In this document: positions 13,521 to 25,354 of the stretch, one piece after another
Position numbering within the stretch: position 1 is the stretch's first letter
Layout of the letters: each line of letters starts with the position of its first letter
From: Macrostomum lignano
Lineage: Eukaryota
Reading direction: 5' to 3'
Assembly (NCBI GenBank): GCA_002269645.1
Contig: NIVC01000522.1
Coordinates: 434,001 to 498,000, forward strand
Length of the DNA stretch: 64,000 nt
Made by a program: the position numbers and the translations under genes
Notes under the pieces: generated by a model
What the model saw: only the letters and a program-made list of their open reading frames with translations
Databases searched by the model: none
What the model was told of the DNA's origin: nothing

Positions 13521-13574
13521 ACTCAATTTAAATTGACTTTTTTCAGTCCTTTCTGACTTTCTACCGTGTCAGTG

Positions 13575-13661
13575 CCCGAGATTGGAGGCGCCCTCCTCTC
13601 TCTCTCTCTCTCTCTCTCTCCCTCTCTCTCTGTTTCTCTCTCTCTCTCTCTCTCTCCCTCC

Positions 13662-13696
<35 letters not shown>

Positions 13697-13727
13697 CCTC
13701 CCTCTCTCTCTCTCTCTCTCCCTCCCT

Positions 13728-13759
<32 letters not shown>

Positions 13760-13850
13760 CCTCCCCCTCTCTCTCTCTCTCCCCCCCTCCCCCTCTCTCT
13801 CTCTCTCTCTCTCTCCCTCTGCCTCTCTCTCTCTCCCTCTCTCCATCCCT
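13575..13850. repeat. (CT)n microsatellite, downstream copy
   Basis: Begins right at the PLE 3' end and runs into the duplicated block. Confidence 0.95.
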
Positions 13851-14574
13851 CCCTCTATCTATCCATCTCTCTGTTTCTCCGTCTCTGCCTCTTTCATTCC
13901 CCCCCTCTCTCCTTCTCTCTCTCCCTCCTCTCGCTCTCTCGCTCTATCAGTTTTTTATGATGACTGACTTTAAAGTTAAAGCGACGCAAAATGTTCAAAT
14001 TTCAAAAAAGCTATCGCAAAAAGCTTAAGCATTCGAGTGTGCAGAGTTTATGGTTAGCAAACCGCTCCGCTTCATAACCTTTCTTTCCACACTTTTAATG
14101 CTCATTAAACTGTTCCCTTTATTGCTACCAACAGTTTAATCGCTGTATACCTACAAAACATCATTATGTGTTCCAGGTAAGTAGCAACTGACGTTATCGA
14201 TCGTTATCGACCTGAGTCAACAGTCCAAAAAAGCATATAAACTGAATGCGAATATGGCATCAACATTCATAATACTAGTTGAAGAGCCTTCTTAATATGG
14301 TAATCCAATGGTAAGACTAGGCTTTGAAGCGTGCATTGGTTTCGTCTTCAAGAAGGAATATCTGATATAAATAGTCTGCCTACTAGTCTCGAAGCATTCA
14401 TCAAGCTGCCATGGTCGCTTCGAACTTTTTGTGTTTAGTATAGGATTTTTCCTCAAGCATAGTGCACTTTTCTATGACTGAATAAAATCACTGCCCGCAA
14501 TAATAAGATTGAGATACAGAGGAGATATGCTTGCGTGTTCAGCACTTTTCGCAATGAAGTCAAGTTTTATCTCT

Positions 14575-14688
14575 GGTGTCTCTTAATGGGTGCCCCTGTC
14601 TCTTGGTGGGTGCCCCTGTCTCTTGATGGGTGCCCCCTGTCTCTTGATGGGTGCCCCTGTCTCTTGGTGGGCCCCCTGTCTCTTGGTG
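14575..14688 (-). repeat. Short array of the 20-bp CCAAGAGACAGGGGCGCCCA minisatellite, reverse orientation
   Basis: About 6 copies of TGCCCCTGTCTCTTGGTGGG; same unit as at 43.0, 43.4, 55.6 and 61.5-62.5 kb. Confidence 0.9.
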
Positions 14689-17114
14689 CATTTTACAGCA
14701 GTTGGAATCAAGAGTAGCATTATACTGTATGCCCATCTTCATTGATTATCAAAGGAGTTTTTTGCGTAGAATTTTCATAAAGAAAATATGGCCACATAGT
14801 AATAATATTCGCAATTCCTAGCTGAAGCTGTGCGCCCTGTTTTTGTGGCAGTGTAAATCGGTTTACCCTACTCTAATCCCTTCGCGGTTTACAGGACAGC
14901 CGTGGTCGAATGCTCGTTAAGAGGGAAAATTTGCCTCGCATTCGCGCCGGGAAATTCATTCCGAGCCCCTCTAAAAGTGACAAATCCCAAAATAGACTTT
15001 AGCAAATAAATAGCTTTTTTTTTAGCAGTCTCCTGAGTTGATTGCAAACCCGGAACTTTTAAAATTTACTTCATTTGTTTATCTGCATGCAATAATCAGA
15101 ATAGTAGAATTCAATAAAAAAATCGTTGGTGTTTAGAAAAGACGTAAATTGTGCATTTGGTTTTGGGGAACTTTTACGCGAACTTGTACACTGCCATATT
15201 TAAAAAAAGAAGACATACTGTACATGTACGTATGTGCATCTCGATAGATCAATATTTGGCAGGAGGACTAGTAGTGTCATGGGTACTTTGAAACAATTCG
15301 CTTTCAGTGACATCGCCCAGCTGTAACTCTGCCCTATGAGGCAATTCTTTCCATTCCTCCGATCGACTCCTGCTGTACGTACATGTAACATGTGTGTACA
15401 AGCTCATGCATGGATACTGTACGTGTTCACGGAAAGAGCTACATGTATTTACTGTCTAATGTACATACATGTACATGTAATTTCGTTTCCATATTTTCAT
15501 ATTTTAGTCACTAGCTAGCTTACTCAGCAGGCTGTGTAATTTTTTGTCCCATCATCATAATATGTACATGTACATGTCACCATCAAATTAATTGACACAC
15601 AGTAATACTCGTTAATTGTCTTTGCCGTCAGGCACAAAGCATACACACGTATGCCTAGTCACCAGGAGGGGGTGTCGCCATTGGAATTTGGTGAGTGGGA
15701 CAAAGCCAAGACAATTATAATACATGACTATAAAAATCCTACGGTTTTTCAAGTATAGGTGCTGTTAGCCCTCATTTTGGCGCCGCTTGCGTTATTATTG
15801 CACAGTACATGTATTTTGGGGCCTAAAACAGATTTATTGATATACATAACGGATCACATGGTGGGACGGAGGACAAAGCATTGACATATCCTCCCATAGC
15901 GTTTACTGCTCTGTGGCGACACCGACACCCCTGTTGATATACTATTCCTAAACTACCTACGTGTAATGCATGAAATAAAAGCCTGCAAACTGTTTAAATG
16001 TAGATGTGGCTTCTGAATGTTATAAAATTGAAGTTTTGATTTAAAAAAAATTATTTATGACTTTGGTGCACTGCACTTGTAATAAATGTAGTTGACACTG
16101 TTAGTTATCAAATTTTATTTTGTAAACAAAAAAATAAAAATTAATTCAAGCTTTACTATAAAACTGCAAGCTTGATTGATAAGTGTATTCGATTTGTTTT
16201 AACGCGTAAGAGTAATTTATTACTTTTTTTTCAAAATGAGGTAGGTTTCCTGTAAAGGTTTCCTGTTTCCTGAAAATTAAACTTACAATAGTTCAATCAA
16301 TATATGAACTAATTGAGCTGTGTGGAAACCAAGTTATTCGTTGCTTTTCTAAAAATTTAAGATGTAGCTGTAGCAATATGGACTAATAAAGTTACGCAGT
16401 AATATTTAGCTTATTGTCATTAGTTTTTTATGAATTGGACCATTGGCCAGCCTAGAATTTTTAAGCACAATGCTTATTTTTGCTTAAAGTTGAGATTTTT
16501 AATTGAAATTATTTCCTTTTTATCCCTTACTCAACTGGATTCTATGCCTAATTTACTAATATATCATTTTCAACTTTCTTATTCTTAATTTAATCTATTG
16601 ATAAAAATAAATATTATATAATCAAAATATTACTCTAGGCCTATTATTATTTGCTCTATATTTTAGAATGACCTTGATATGGAAACCTACAATTTTCATT
16701 TAATTTAAGAATACAAAAACCCTTGGGTTATCCATTTGTTGTAAATAGCACCTTTTTTAATAAGCTTTATTCTATAAAAGATGGTGTAATTTATTATCAT
16801 CCCAGTGAAAGCCATATATAATATATGTATATTTTTAAAAAATTCTTTCTTACAAACTTATTAATTTGCTAACCTTTTGTTCAGTAATGGTATCTATAGG
16901 GTAATAGCTGAGATAGTGGTTGGCTGTCTATCTTATTATCAATTTTGATTCTTCTGATCTTATTAGTTAAGTCAACTTATTCTTGGTCTTTGCCTTATTA
17001 AAATTTTAACTAGGCTAATAGTGTTTTATTGTCAGTAATTTACTAGCTAACTACAAAGAATTAATGCTATCAAAGTAAATAAGCCCAAAGTAAAGCATAA
17101 AAATTGAATAGATA

Positions 17115-18020
17115 CAAGGTGTATTCAAAAACAAATGTCTGTGACCTCATATCTCAGCTCCCTAAGCAGGTACACAGTTCTATTTTCACACTTTTTCAAC
17201 ATAATCTCCCTCAAGTTCGATTCACTTTTTACAGGGATCTATTCACTTCCTGAAGGCCAGGTCTAGGGCTTCTGCTGGAAGACCTCGCACAACCTGTTCC
17301 AACTTGTTCCTGACTGAGTTGTCAGCAAGCTGGATGACCAATAACTCTTGTTTTGCTTTACAAAAGAGCCAAAAGTATGCAGGAGCCAAATCTGGCAAAT
17401 ATAGCGGATGAGGAAGTACATGGATCAAGTATTTCTCCAGAAAACTCCTCATGCTTTCTGCTCCAGCAAAAGCAGCCAAGGGACCCCCAGCACTCGCTCT
17501 TCTTGGACAGTCCAGGATCTGCGTGCAGGATCGTGTAGACTATGCCGACAGACAGGTCAAAGTATTCAGCCAATTCCTCCATGGTTTTGTGGCGATCAGA
17601 CTCGACAGCCTCTTGCACAGCTGCAATGGTCTCTGCAGATTGCCTTGTTTCCTTGCATTGAACCTGCACTGATCTTCTGTGTCCTGGCCATCCATCACTT
17701 GGCGGATGAGGTGGTGGATTTACCTCTGGCAGCTGCTCGTCCGGGTGGGCCATGGCTCAGGCATCTTTGATCTCTAGGATGCTATACCCCACCTTGTCAC
17801 AAACAAAAGTGTGAGCTTGGGTCATGGCAGTAGCAGAATGCCTTGGAACAAGTAGTTTGCTTCAACTACTGCTAGTGCTAAAATAATGCAAAGGATTGAC
17901 TTAAATTTTCAGCTGATAAGTCCCAAAATGGCAATGTAAAACACGCTGAAAAATCAGGTTTGCCACGTTTGCCTGAGCAGAGGTATCCAGCCACTGAAAT
18001 TTGTTTTTGAAAACACCTAG
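17115..18020 (-). mobile_element. Internally deleted mariner DNA transposon, 906 bp
   Basis: TIRs CAAGGTGTATTCAAAAACAAAT and CTAGGTGTTTTCAAAAACAAAT with TA on both sides. Transposase remnants: second HTH (AVESDRHKTMEELAEYFDLSVGIVYTILH) and HPLYLPDLAPAYFWLF (YSPDLAP motif); most of the catalytic core is missing. Confidence 0.9.
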
Positions 18021-18713
18021 TAAGCAATACCATTAATAGAGCACAAGTTGAAGGGCAACAAGTGTTTACAAAGCATTTATAAACAACAATGTAGTAATAC
18101 CTATCATTAGATTCTTATATTGCATTGTTAAACCAATTTTATAAAGCATTTCTTGTTTAATAATTTAGAAGACAACTTTTATAGAAAATAATACCAATAT
18201 ATATTGGTTATAAATGTCTAAATTCTAATAAAAATTCTTAAGGCAAATGGTTAGTAAGTTTGCATATCTTAGACTTAGTTTTATACTATTGGTTTACTAA
18301 TTAACTAATTTGTGTATGAAACACTGTTATGTGCAACCAGCAGCTCAGTGGCAGATTTTGCATGGTGCATGCGATGCACATCTGAAGGCTGCATATGGCT
18401 GTTCAGTCTAAGGACTGGGGAGTTGTCATACACACCCTCAATTATCCCAGCTAATACTGGTTCCCATCGCACAAGGCGAACTGAAGCAATGCAGAGTTAA
18501 ATGTTCAAGGCCTTCCTGCAAATATTGTTTTTTACACTATGGAATTAATTGTTACAAAAACGATTAGGTAAACTTGGTACTGCAAAATATTACAAACAAT
18601 GAAGAGCAGTAAAAAGCACATTACATATAACAATTCATGCTTATCTAAAAGCAGCTTGCAAAGGCTAAATCTTCATCAGTTGTAATACAATTTAAATAAA
18701 AGTTAAAGCAAAA

Positions 18714-18818
18714 ATGTCCAAAGCTGCAGCCAAGCGTCGCGGACCAAGGCAGCGCACCCAGCGCTACACCAGCAATGTATTCAGCATGTTCTCCGAGCAG
18801 TCGGTTCAGGAGTTCAAG
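18714..18818 (+). CDS. MRLC: Myosin regulatory light chain, exon 1 (MSKAAAKRRGPRQRTQRYTSNVFSMFSEQSVQEFK)
   Basis: Basic N-terminus, TSNVF motif, QEFK followed by a GT donor at 18819; phase 0; not in the ORF track. Confidence 0.92.
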
Positions 18819-19406
18819 GTCAGTTTTGTGTCATCTGTTTGCGCGCATGTGTTCTTGTGAGATTAGACACAAGGAGCGATCAAAGGGAATAGAAGGCTGT
18901 TAAAATCGTTACCGTGACAAGAATCGCTAGAGTCATTCAGAAATAACTCACTAAAAGAGTTGTTGTAAATGCAAAATGCGATTCTAATTAAAAAGATATG
19001 CTTTAGACGCAACTCAGTGATTTTACAACGTTTTGAGGACGTTTCTTTGTCTAGGTATCGTTTTCATGGGGTTTTAAAAAAATGGAAGACAACGAAGAGG
19101 TTTGGAGGGATCTAAATTTGTCAGCTGACAACAAGGACGCCTACTGTGAAAGCTAAGAAGTCTGACAGAAGGAAGGCACGCCGTCCGAAAGGTCAGAGAG
19201 AGGCATGACGTCATGTCGCAGACAGACTAAATGGGATTTTTGCAGTTGGCACATTAAAGGAAGAAAATGAGAAAATAAAATAATCCCGCCCATGCTTATA
19301 CCTAAGTGTAATTAAAATCTTGAAAAATCTTAAATAAATTTTTCAATTTTTTTGTTTTTTTTTGCGTCTTGATGAGTTCGTGAGCCCAGTTAATAGCCGT
19401 GGGATT

Positions 19407-19600
19407 ATTGGACCCGTCTCCGCTTGCGTCCCCCCTAATCCTTGCTGGCGCCTAACTGAAATCCTTTATTGGCAGGATTAACGATGTGGCCTACCACCAA
19501 TATTGCAATTTAATATCCAGTATAACAGAATCTGCACGCCAGAAAACTGTCTATATAAGCTGGGAGGGGTCCGCGACTCCTGAGCGGCTGCCCATTCTCC
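19407..19600 (+). promoter_or_regulatory. Promoter-like motif cluster inside the MRLC intron
   Basis: ATTGG at 19407 and 19468, CCAAT at 19497, TATATAA at 19552; motif evidence only. Confidence 0.3.
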
Positions 19601-19781
19601 GAAACACTGACAGACTGACAGGCATACTTTGAATCAGCTTTAAACGAAGGAGAAGTTCTCTACGCCTTTCGTCCTGCTAGACTAGTTGGTGTGTTTGACT
19701 GTTGCATGACGCTTCTGGACTTCTCTCAGTTTGCGCTGCGCATCACTGCTGCCCGCTGGACGGAATTCGTAGAGAACTTCT

Positions 19782-19977
19782 CTGGCTGTTGCCGCGACAC
19801 TGGCCCTGCCCCCGCCCCCTGTTCTCTGGCTGTTGCCGCGACACTGGCCCTGCCCCCGCCCCCTGTTCTCTGGCTGTTGCCGCGACACTGGCCTCGGTGC
19901 CCTGCCCCGCCCCCTGTTCTCTGGCTGTTGCCGCGACACTGGCCTCGGTGCCCTGCCCCCGCCCCCTGTTCTCTGGC
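19782..19977. repeat. 44-52-bp GC-rich minisatellite, about 4 copies
   Basis: CTCTGGCTGTTGCCGCGACACTGGCC...CCCCGCCCCCTGTT repeated. Confidence 0.9.
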
Positions 19978-20254
19978 TCATCTCTGCCAGCTCTTCTCTA
20001 CCCCTCTCGTCTCTCTACGTTGGCCAAATGTCGGTGTAGTGTAAAATTATCCATTTGCTAGCAATGTCGATGTGTCTGACGTCGGATTAGATAGTTCTAT
20101 GCTCTCCTCTCTCGTCTTATCTCTCGTCTTCTCTCCCCGTCTCATCTCTTCTCTCGTCTTCTCTCCATGTGTCACTCTCTCCTCTCCTCTGGTATCAGTC
20201 TTTCCTATCCCACTTGTCTCCTCTCCTCTCTCGTCCCGTCTCCTCTCTCGTCTC

Positions 20255-21345
20255 CTCTCCTCTACTCTCCTCTCCTCTCCTCTCCTCTACTCTACTCTCC
20301 TCTCCTCTGATCTCCTCTCCTCTACTTTACTCTACTCTCCTCTCCTTTCCTCTCCTCTACTCTCCTCTACTCTCCTCTCCTCTCCTCTCCTCTCCTCTCC
20401 TCTACTCTCCTCTCCTCTGATCTCCTCTCCTCTACTTTACTCTACTCTCCTCTACTCTCCTCTCCTCTACTCTCCTCCTCTCCTCTCCTCTACTCTCCTC
20501 TCCTCTACTCTCCTCTCCTCTACTCTACTCTACTCTCCTCTACTCTACTCTCCTCTCCTCTGATCTCCTCTCCTCTGATCTCCTCTCCTCTACTTTACTC
20601 TACTCTCCTCTCCTCTCCTCTGATCTCCTCTCCTCTACTCTACTCTACTCTACTCTCTTCTTCTCTCCTCTCCTCTGATCTCCTCTCCTCTCCTCTCCTC
20701 TACTCTCCTCTACTCTCCTCTACTCTCCTCTCCTCTACTCTACTCTACTCTCCTCTACTCTCCTCTACTCTTCTCTACTCTCCTCTCCTCTCCTCTCCTC
20801 TCCTCTCCTCTCCTCTCCTCTACTCTCCTCTCCTCTGATCTCCTCTCCTCTACTTTACTCTACTCTCCTCTACTCTCCTCTCCTCTACTCTCCTCTCCTC
20901 TGATCTCCTCTCCTCTACTTTACTCTACTCTCCTCTACTCTCCTCACCTCTACTCTCCTCCTCTCCTCTCCTCTACTCTCCTCTCCTCTACTCTCCTCTC
21001 CTCTACTCTCCTCTCCTCTACTCTACTCTACTCTCCTCTCCTCTGATCTCCTCTCCTCTGATCTCCTCTCCTCTACTTTACTCTACTCTCCTATCCTCTC
21101 CTCTGATCTCCTCTCCTCTACTCTACTCTACTCTACTCTCTTCTTCTCTCCTCTCCTCTGATCTCCTCTCCTCTCCTCTCCTCTACTCTCCTCTACTCTC
21201 CTCTACTCTCCTCTCCTCTACTCTACTCTACTCTCCTCTACTCTCCTCTACTCTTCTCTACTCTCCTCTCCTCTCCTCTGATCTCCTCTCCTCTACTTTA
21301 TTCTCCTCTCCTCTACTCTCCTCTACTCTCCTCTACTCTCCTCTG
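20255..21345. repeat. (CTCCT/CTACT)n pentanucleotide array
   Basis: About 1.1 kb low-complexity tract with recurring CTGAT and CTTTA variants. Confidence 0.95.
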
Positions 21346-22104
21346 ATCTCTCTTGTCTCCTCTCTTGTCTCGTCTCCTCTCTCCTCTCATCTCCTATCTC
21401 ATCCCATCTCTTTTCTCATCTCTCTCCTCTCCTTCCGTCTTCTCTCGTTTCCTCGCTTCTCTCGTCTTCTTTTCTTTTTTCTCTCCTTTCTTCTCTAGTT
21501 TCCCTCTCCTCTCCTTTCCTTTCCTCATTTTTCTTCTCGGACTCCGAATATACTCGTATCTCCTTGCTCCGTGTAGCGTACCTCAATCGCCCCATTAAAA
21601 TTGGCCACTAAAGCAGTTTTACCCATGGTGCGCTGTTCAAAACTTCAATATTCTGTGAATCGCTGCTGCATCTGCATCTGTATATGCGTCTTACTTCTTT
21701 ATTTCTCTTGCCAAGAAATTTCTTCGCAAGTTGACTTGCAGTTTTCTGTGCAAAAGCAGAAATTCAGCCGTTGTAACAAACCAACGAACCAGTTAACAGG
21801 GAAATGCTTTTGTAATTAGCTTAGTCTGAAACATGCGGCTAAATAGTTAACAAGTCACTTGTGTGTTTAGCTAAACATAGCGCCAATGTTTTTTCCTTGA
21901 GTTTTTCATTCCATGTCTTGCGGGACTTGAAGCTGGTATGCTAATAGTGGTTATTTGCCAAATAGTTCAAAAATACCAATTTAGTCTAAATTTGCTATTT
22001 ACTTACTAATAGTAGTCCGGCTATGTGTTCTTGACTTGCATTCCGTGATTTTCTTGATGTTTTGATAGGCTTCTTTTTTAAAGAAATTCTGTCGTTTGTA
22101 GCGG

Positions 22105-23690
22105 CCTAATTAGCTTCTGAGATGCCAAATTAGCTTCTCAAATGCTAGACTAGGTTCTCAAGTACCAATATGCCGAAATAGCTTCTCAAATGCCAAATTA
22201 GCTTTTCAGATGCCGAATTAGCTTCTCAAATGCCAAATTAGCTTCTCAGATGCCAAATTAGCTTCTCAGATGCCAAATTAGCTTCTCAGATGCCAAATTA
22301 GCTTCTCAGATGCCAAATTAGCTTCTCAGATGCCAAATTAGCTTCTCAAATGCCAAATTAGCTTCTCAAATGCCAAATTAGCTTCTCAGATGCCAAATTA
22401 GCTTCTTAAATGCTAGACTAGGTTCTCAAGTACTAATATGCCGAAATAGCTTCTCAGATGCCAAATTATCTTTTCAGATGCCGAATTAGCATCTCAGATG
22501 CCAAATTAGCTTCTCAAATGCCAAATTAGCTTCTCAAATGCCAAATTAGCTTCTCAGATGCCAAATTAGCTTCTCAGATGCCAAATTAGCTTCTCAGATG
22601 CCAAATTAGCTTCTCAAATGCCAAATTAGCTTCTCAAATGCTAGACTAGGTTCTCAAGTACTAATATGCCGAAATAGCTTCTCAAATGCCAAATTAGCTT
22701 CTCAAATGCTAGACTAGGTTCTCAAATACTAATATGCCGAAATAGCTTCTCAAATGCCAAATTAGCTTCTCAGATGCCAAATTAGCTTCTCAAATGCCAA
22801 ATTAGCTTCTCAGATGCCAAATTAGCTTCTCAGATGCCAAATTAGCTTCTCAAATGCCAAATTAGCTTCTCAGATGCCAAGTTAGCTTCTCCGATGCCAA
22901 ATTAGCTTCTCAGATGCCAAATTAGCTTCTCAAATGCTAGACTAGGTTCTCAAGTACTAATATGCCGAAATAGCTTCTCAAATGCCAAATTAGCTTCTCA
23001 GATGCTAAATTAGCTTCTCAGATGCCAAATTAGCTTCTCAAATGCCAAATTAGCTTCTCAAATGCTAAATTAGCTTCTCAGATGCCAAATTTGCTTCTCA
23101 GATGCCAAATTAGCTTCTCAAATGCCAAATTAGCTTCTCAAATGCTAGACTAGGTTCTCAAGTACTAATATGCCGAAATAGCTTCTCAAATGCTAAATTA
23201 GCTTCTCAAATGCTAGACTAGGTTCTCAAGTACTAATATGCCGAAATAGCTTCTCAAATGCCAAATTAGCTTCTCAGATGCCAAATTAGCTTCTCAGATG
23301 CCAAATTAGCTTCTCAGATGCCAAATTAGCTTCTCAGATGCCAAATTAGCTTCTCAAATGCCAAATTAGCTTCTCAGATGCCAAGTTAGCTTCTCCGATG
23401 CCAAATTAGCTTCTCAGATGCCAAATTAGCTTCTCAAATGCCAAATTAGCTTCTCAGATGCCAAGTTAGCTTCTCAGATGCCAAATTAGCTTCTCAGATG
23501 CCAAATTAGCTTCTCAGATTCAAAATTAGCTTCTCAGATGCCAAGTTAGCTTCTCAGATGCCAAATTAGCTTCTCAGATGCCAAATTAGCTTCTCAAATG
23601 CCAAATTAGCTTCTCAAATGCCAAATTAGCTTCTCAGATGCCAAGTTAGCTTCTCAGATGCCAAATTAGCTTCTCAGATTCCAAATTAAC
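22105..23690. repeat. 20-bp satellite ATGCCAAATTAGCTTCTCAG in the MRLC intron
   Basis: About 75 copies with a recurring variant block ATGCTAGACTAGGTTCTCAAGTACTAATATGCCGAAATAG. Confidence 0.97.
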
Positions 23691-23776
23691 TTTTGTCGCG
23701 GTAAAATTATCTTTTGATGAACTGGATTATTCATTGAGGCGCTAAATTAGCCCTGCACTGATCCTCATTAATCCAG

Positions 23777-24196
23777 GAAGCCTTCAACATGATCGACATC
23801 AACAAGGATGGCTTCATCGACGCCGAGGATCTGTCAGAGATTCTGGTCTCACTCGGCAAAAACGAAGTCGGTCTGCAGCAATACGCCGAAGAGATGGTGA
23901 GCGAGGCCCCCGGCCCCATTAACTTCACCATGTTTCTCACTCTGTTCGGCGAGAAAATGTCCGGCAGCGACCCGGAGGAGACAATCAAGAACGCCTTTGG
24001 CTGCTTCGATCCTGAAGGCTCCGGGCAGATCTCCGAGGAGCGGCTGCGCGAGATTCTCACCACTATGGGCGATCGCTGGACTGATGAGCAGGTTGACGAG
24101 CTCCTGCACGGAGCTCCGGTGCAGGACGGCCGGTTTAATTACTCCGAGTTTACGAAGATGATCAAGCACGGCAAGAAGGAAGAAGGCTACAATTGA
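23777..24196 (+). CDS. MRLC: Myosin regulatory light chain, exon 2 ([15 protein letters not shown]...[10 protein letters not shown]); 174 aa in total
   Basis: CAG acceptor at 23776; EF-hand [39 protein letters not shown]; joins exon 1 in frame. Confidence 0.95.
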   Translation, partial: EAFNMIDINKDGFIDAEDLSEILVSLGKNEVGLQQYAEEMVSEAPGPINFTMFLTLFGEKMSGSDPEETIKNAFGCFDPEGSGQISEERLREILTTMGDRWTDEQVDELLHGAPVQDGRFNYSEFTKMIKHGKKEEGYN

Positions 24197-25354
24197 TTAT
24201 GCATTCAATCGGTGCAGTCGATTAGAAGTCCAAACAAACAGCTAAAACTAAATGTGCCTATCTTAGTACAGCTTCCTAATATTTTAACCTGCTGAAATAA
24301 CAAAGTAAGATGGATTTCCCGCGGAAATTCCATGGAATTATCGTGGTATTGCCGCGGAAATTCCGTGCACTTTACGCGGTATAACCGCGAATTTCCCACG
24401 GATCAAGTTATTAATTTATAACTAACCGCCACTAGTATCGTATCTGATGTCTACGCGGTGTTGAATTTCGTTCGTTTTTTGCTAAAACCGTTTTTTTCGA
24501 TACATATCGGGCAAAATTGTACTAACTGTTGCATCATCCGCTGCTGTTTTTTTTACTAATTGTTACTATTATTTAATCAGCTTATTTATCCAACGCAGTT
24601 GAAATGTCATGCGACTATTTGAGTTTAGCTGTGCTCTTTACTAACCAACCTTTATTTCGCTTGTGATTAACACGAATATGTACTTTAACTATGCACTGTT
24701 ATAGTTAATAGTACACTGCCCAACTGCAAGTCTTCGTAAAGCTTAGTTTCAGTTCTAAATATTCATGTAATAAAACAAAACCTTATTGAGTTTCAATTGT
24801 TTATTTATTTGCAAGCCCATACATTCACCTCATAGTCGTAGGCTCGGTGCATGCTTTGTCACTAAAATAGTTTTTTTGTTATATTGAGTGGGCGTTTTCA
24901 AATCTATTTTCAACTACACACGCGTCATGGCGCGTGACTTTTTTAAGTACAGAAATTAATCTAATTGATTTGATTAATTAGCAAACTATCTACTACAAGG
25001 CAAAAATAAGTAGGTGAAAGAAGTCACGTGGCCTCCTGCTAATCAATGAAAAATATAAATATGCCCAATTACTGGAATTGATTTGTCGCTTTTCACAAAA
25101 ACTTCAGTCTTACGCTTTCTTTTTTTTAATTTGTGCAGGATTTAGACAATCAAGTGAGATAAACTTAGAAAATTAATTTCAATTTCGTCTGATAAATAGT
25201 TTATTCAGTTCTTAATTTAGCTAGGAGCTCAGCACCTAATTCTGGCATCTACTTACTTTTAATATTTCATAACTGCATAAACTTGCTTTTATATGTCGGT
25301 TCCTTTCTTGTGCTTGGGCAGGCAGCTGGTGTTCGGATCTGAGGGTTTTATGAT

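Larger units (their letters stand above)
10645..13575 (+). mobile_element. Penelope-like retroelement (RT + Cys-rich finger + GIY-YIG), Neptune-like, decayed
   Basis: PLE RT motifs KPADKG, FYILPKIHK, GRPIVS, MDVASLYTNIP, QVKGTAMG, RYIDD, VNFLD; CNPARLCKCC and CRRC; YVGET..R..H; AT-rich 3' UTR with AATAAA and a hammerhead-like motif. Confidence 0.92.

Noticed and set aside
14856-15198. Possible MITE with 10-bp inverted ends TGGCAGTGTA
   Set aside because: Too short, with no TSD; could be chance.
15663-15932. Possible hAT MITE (CAGG..GGTGTCGCCA ends)
   Set aside because: Ends are degenerate and no 8-bp TSD was found.
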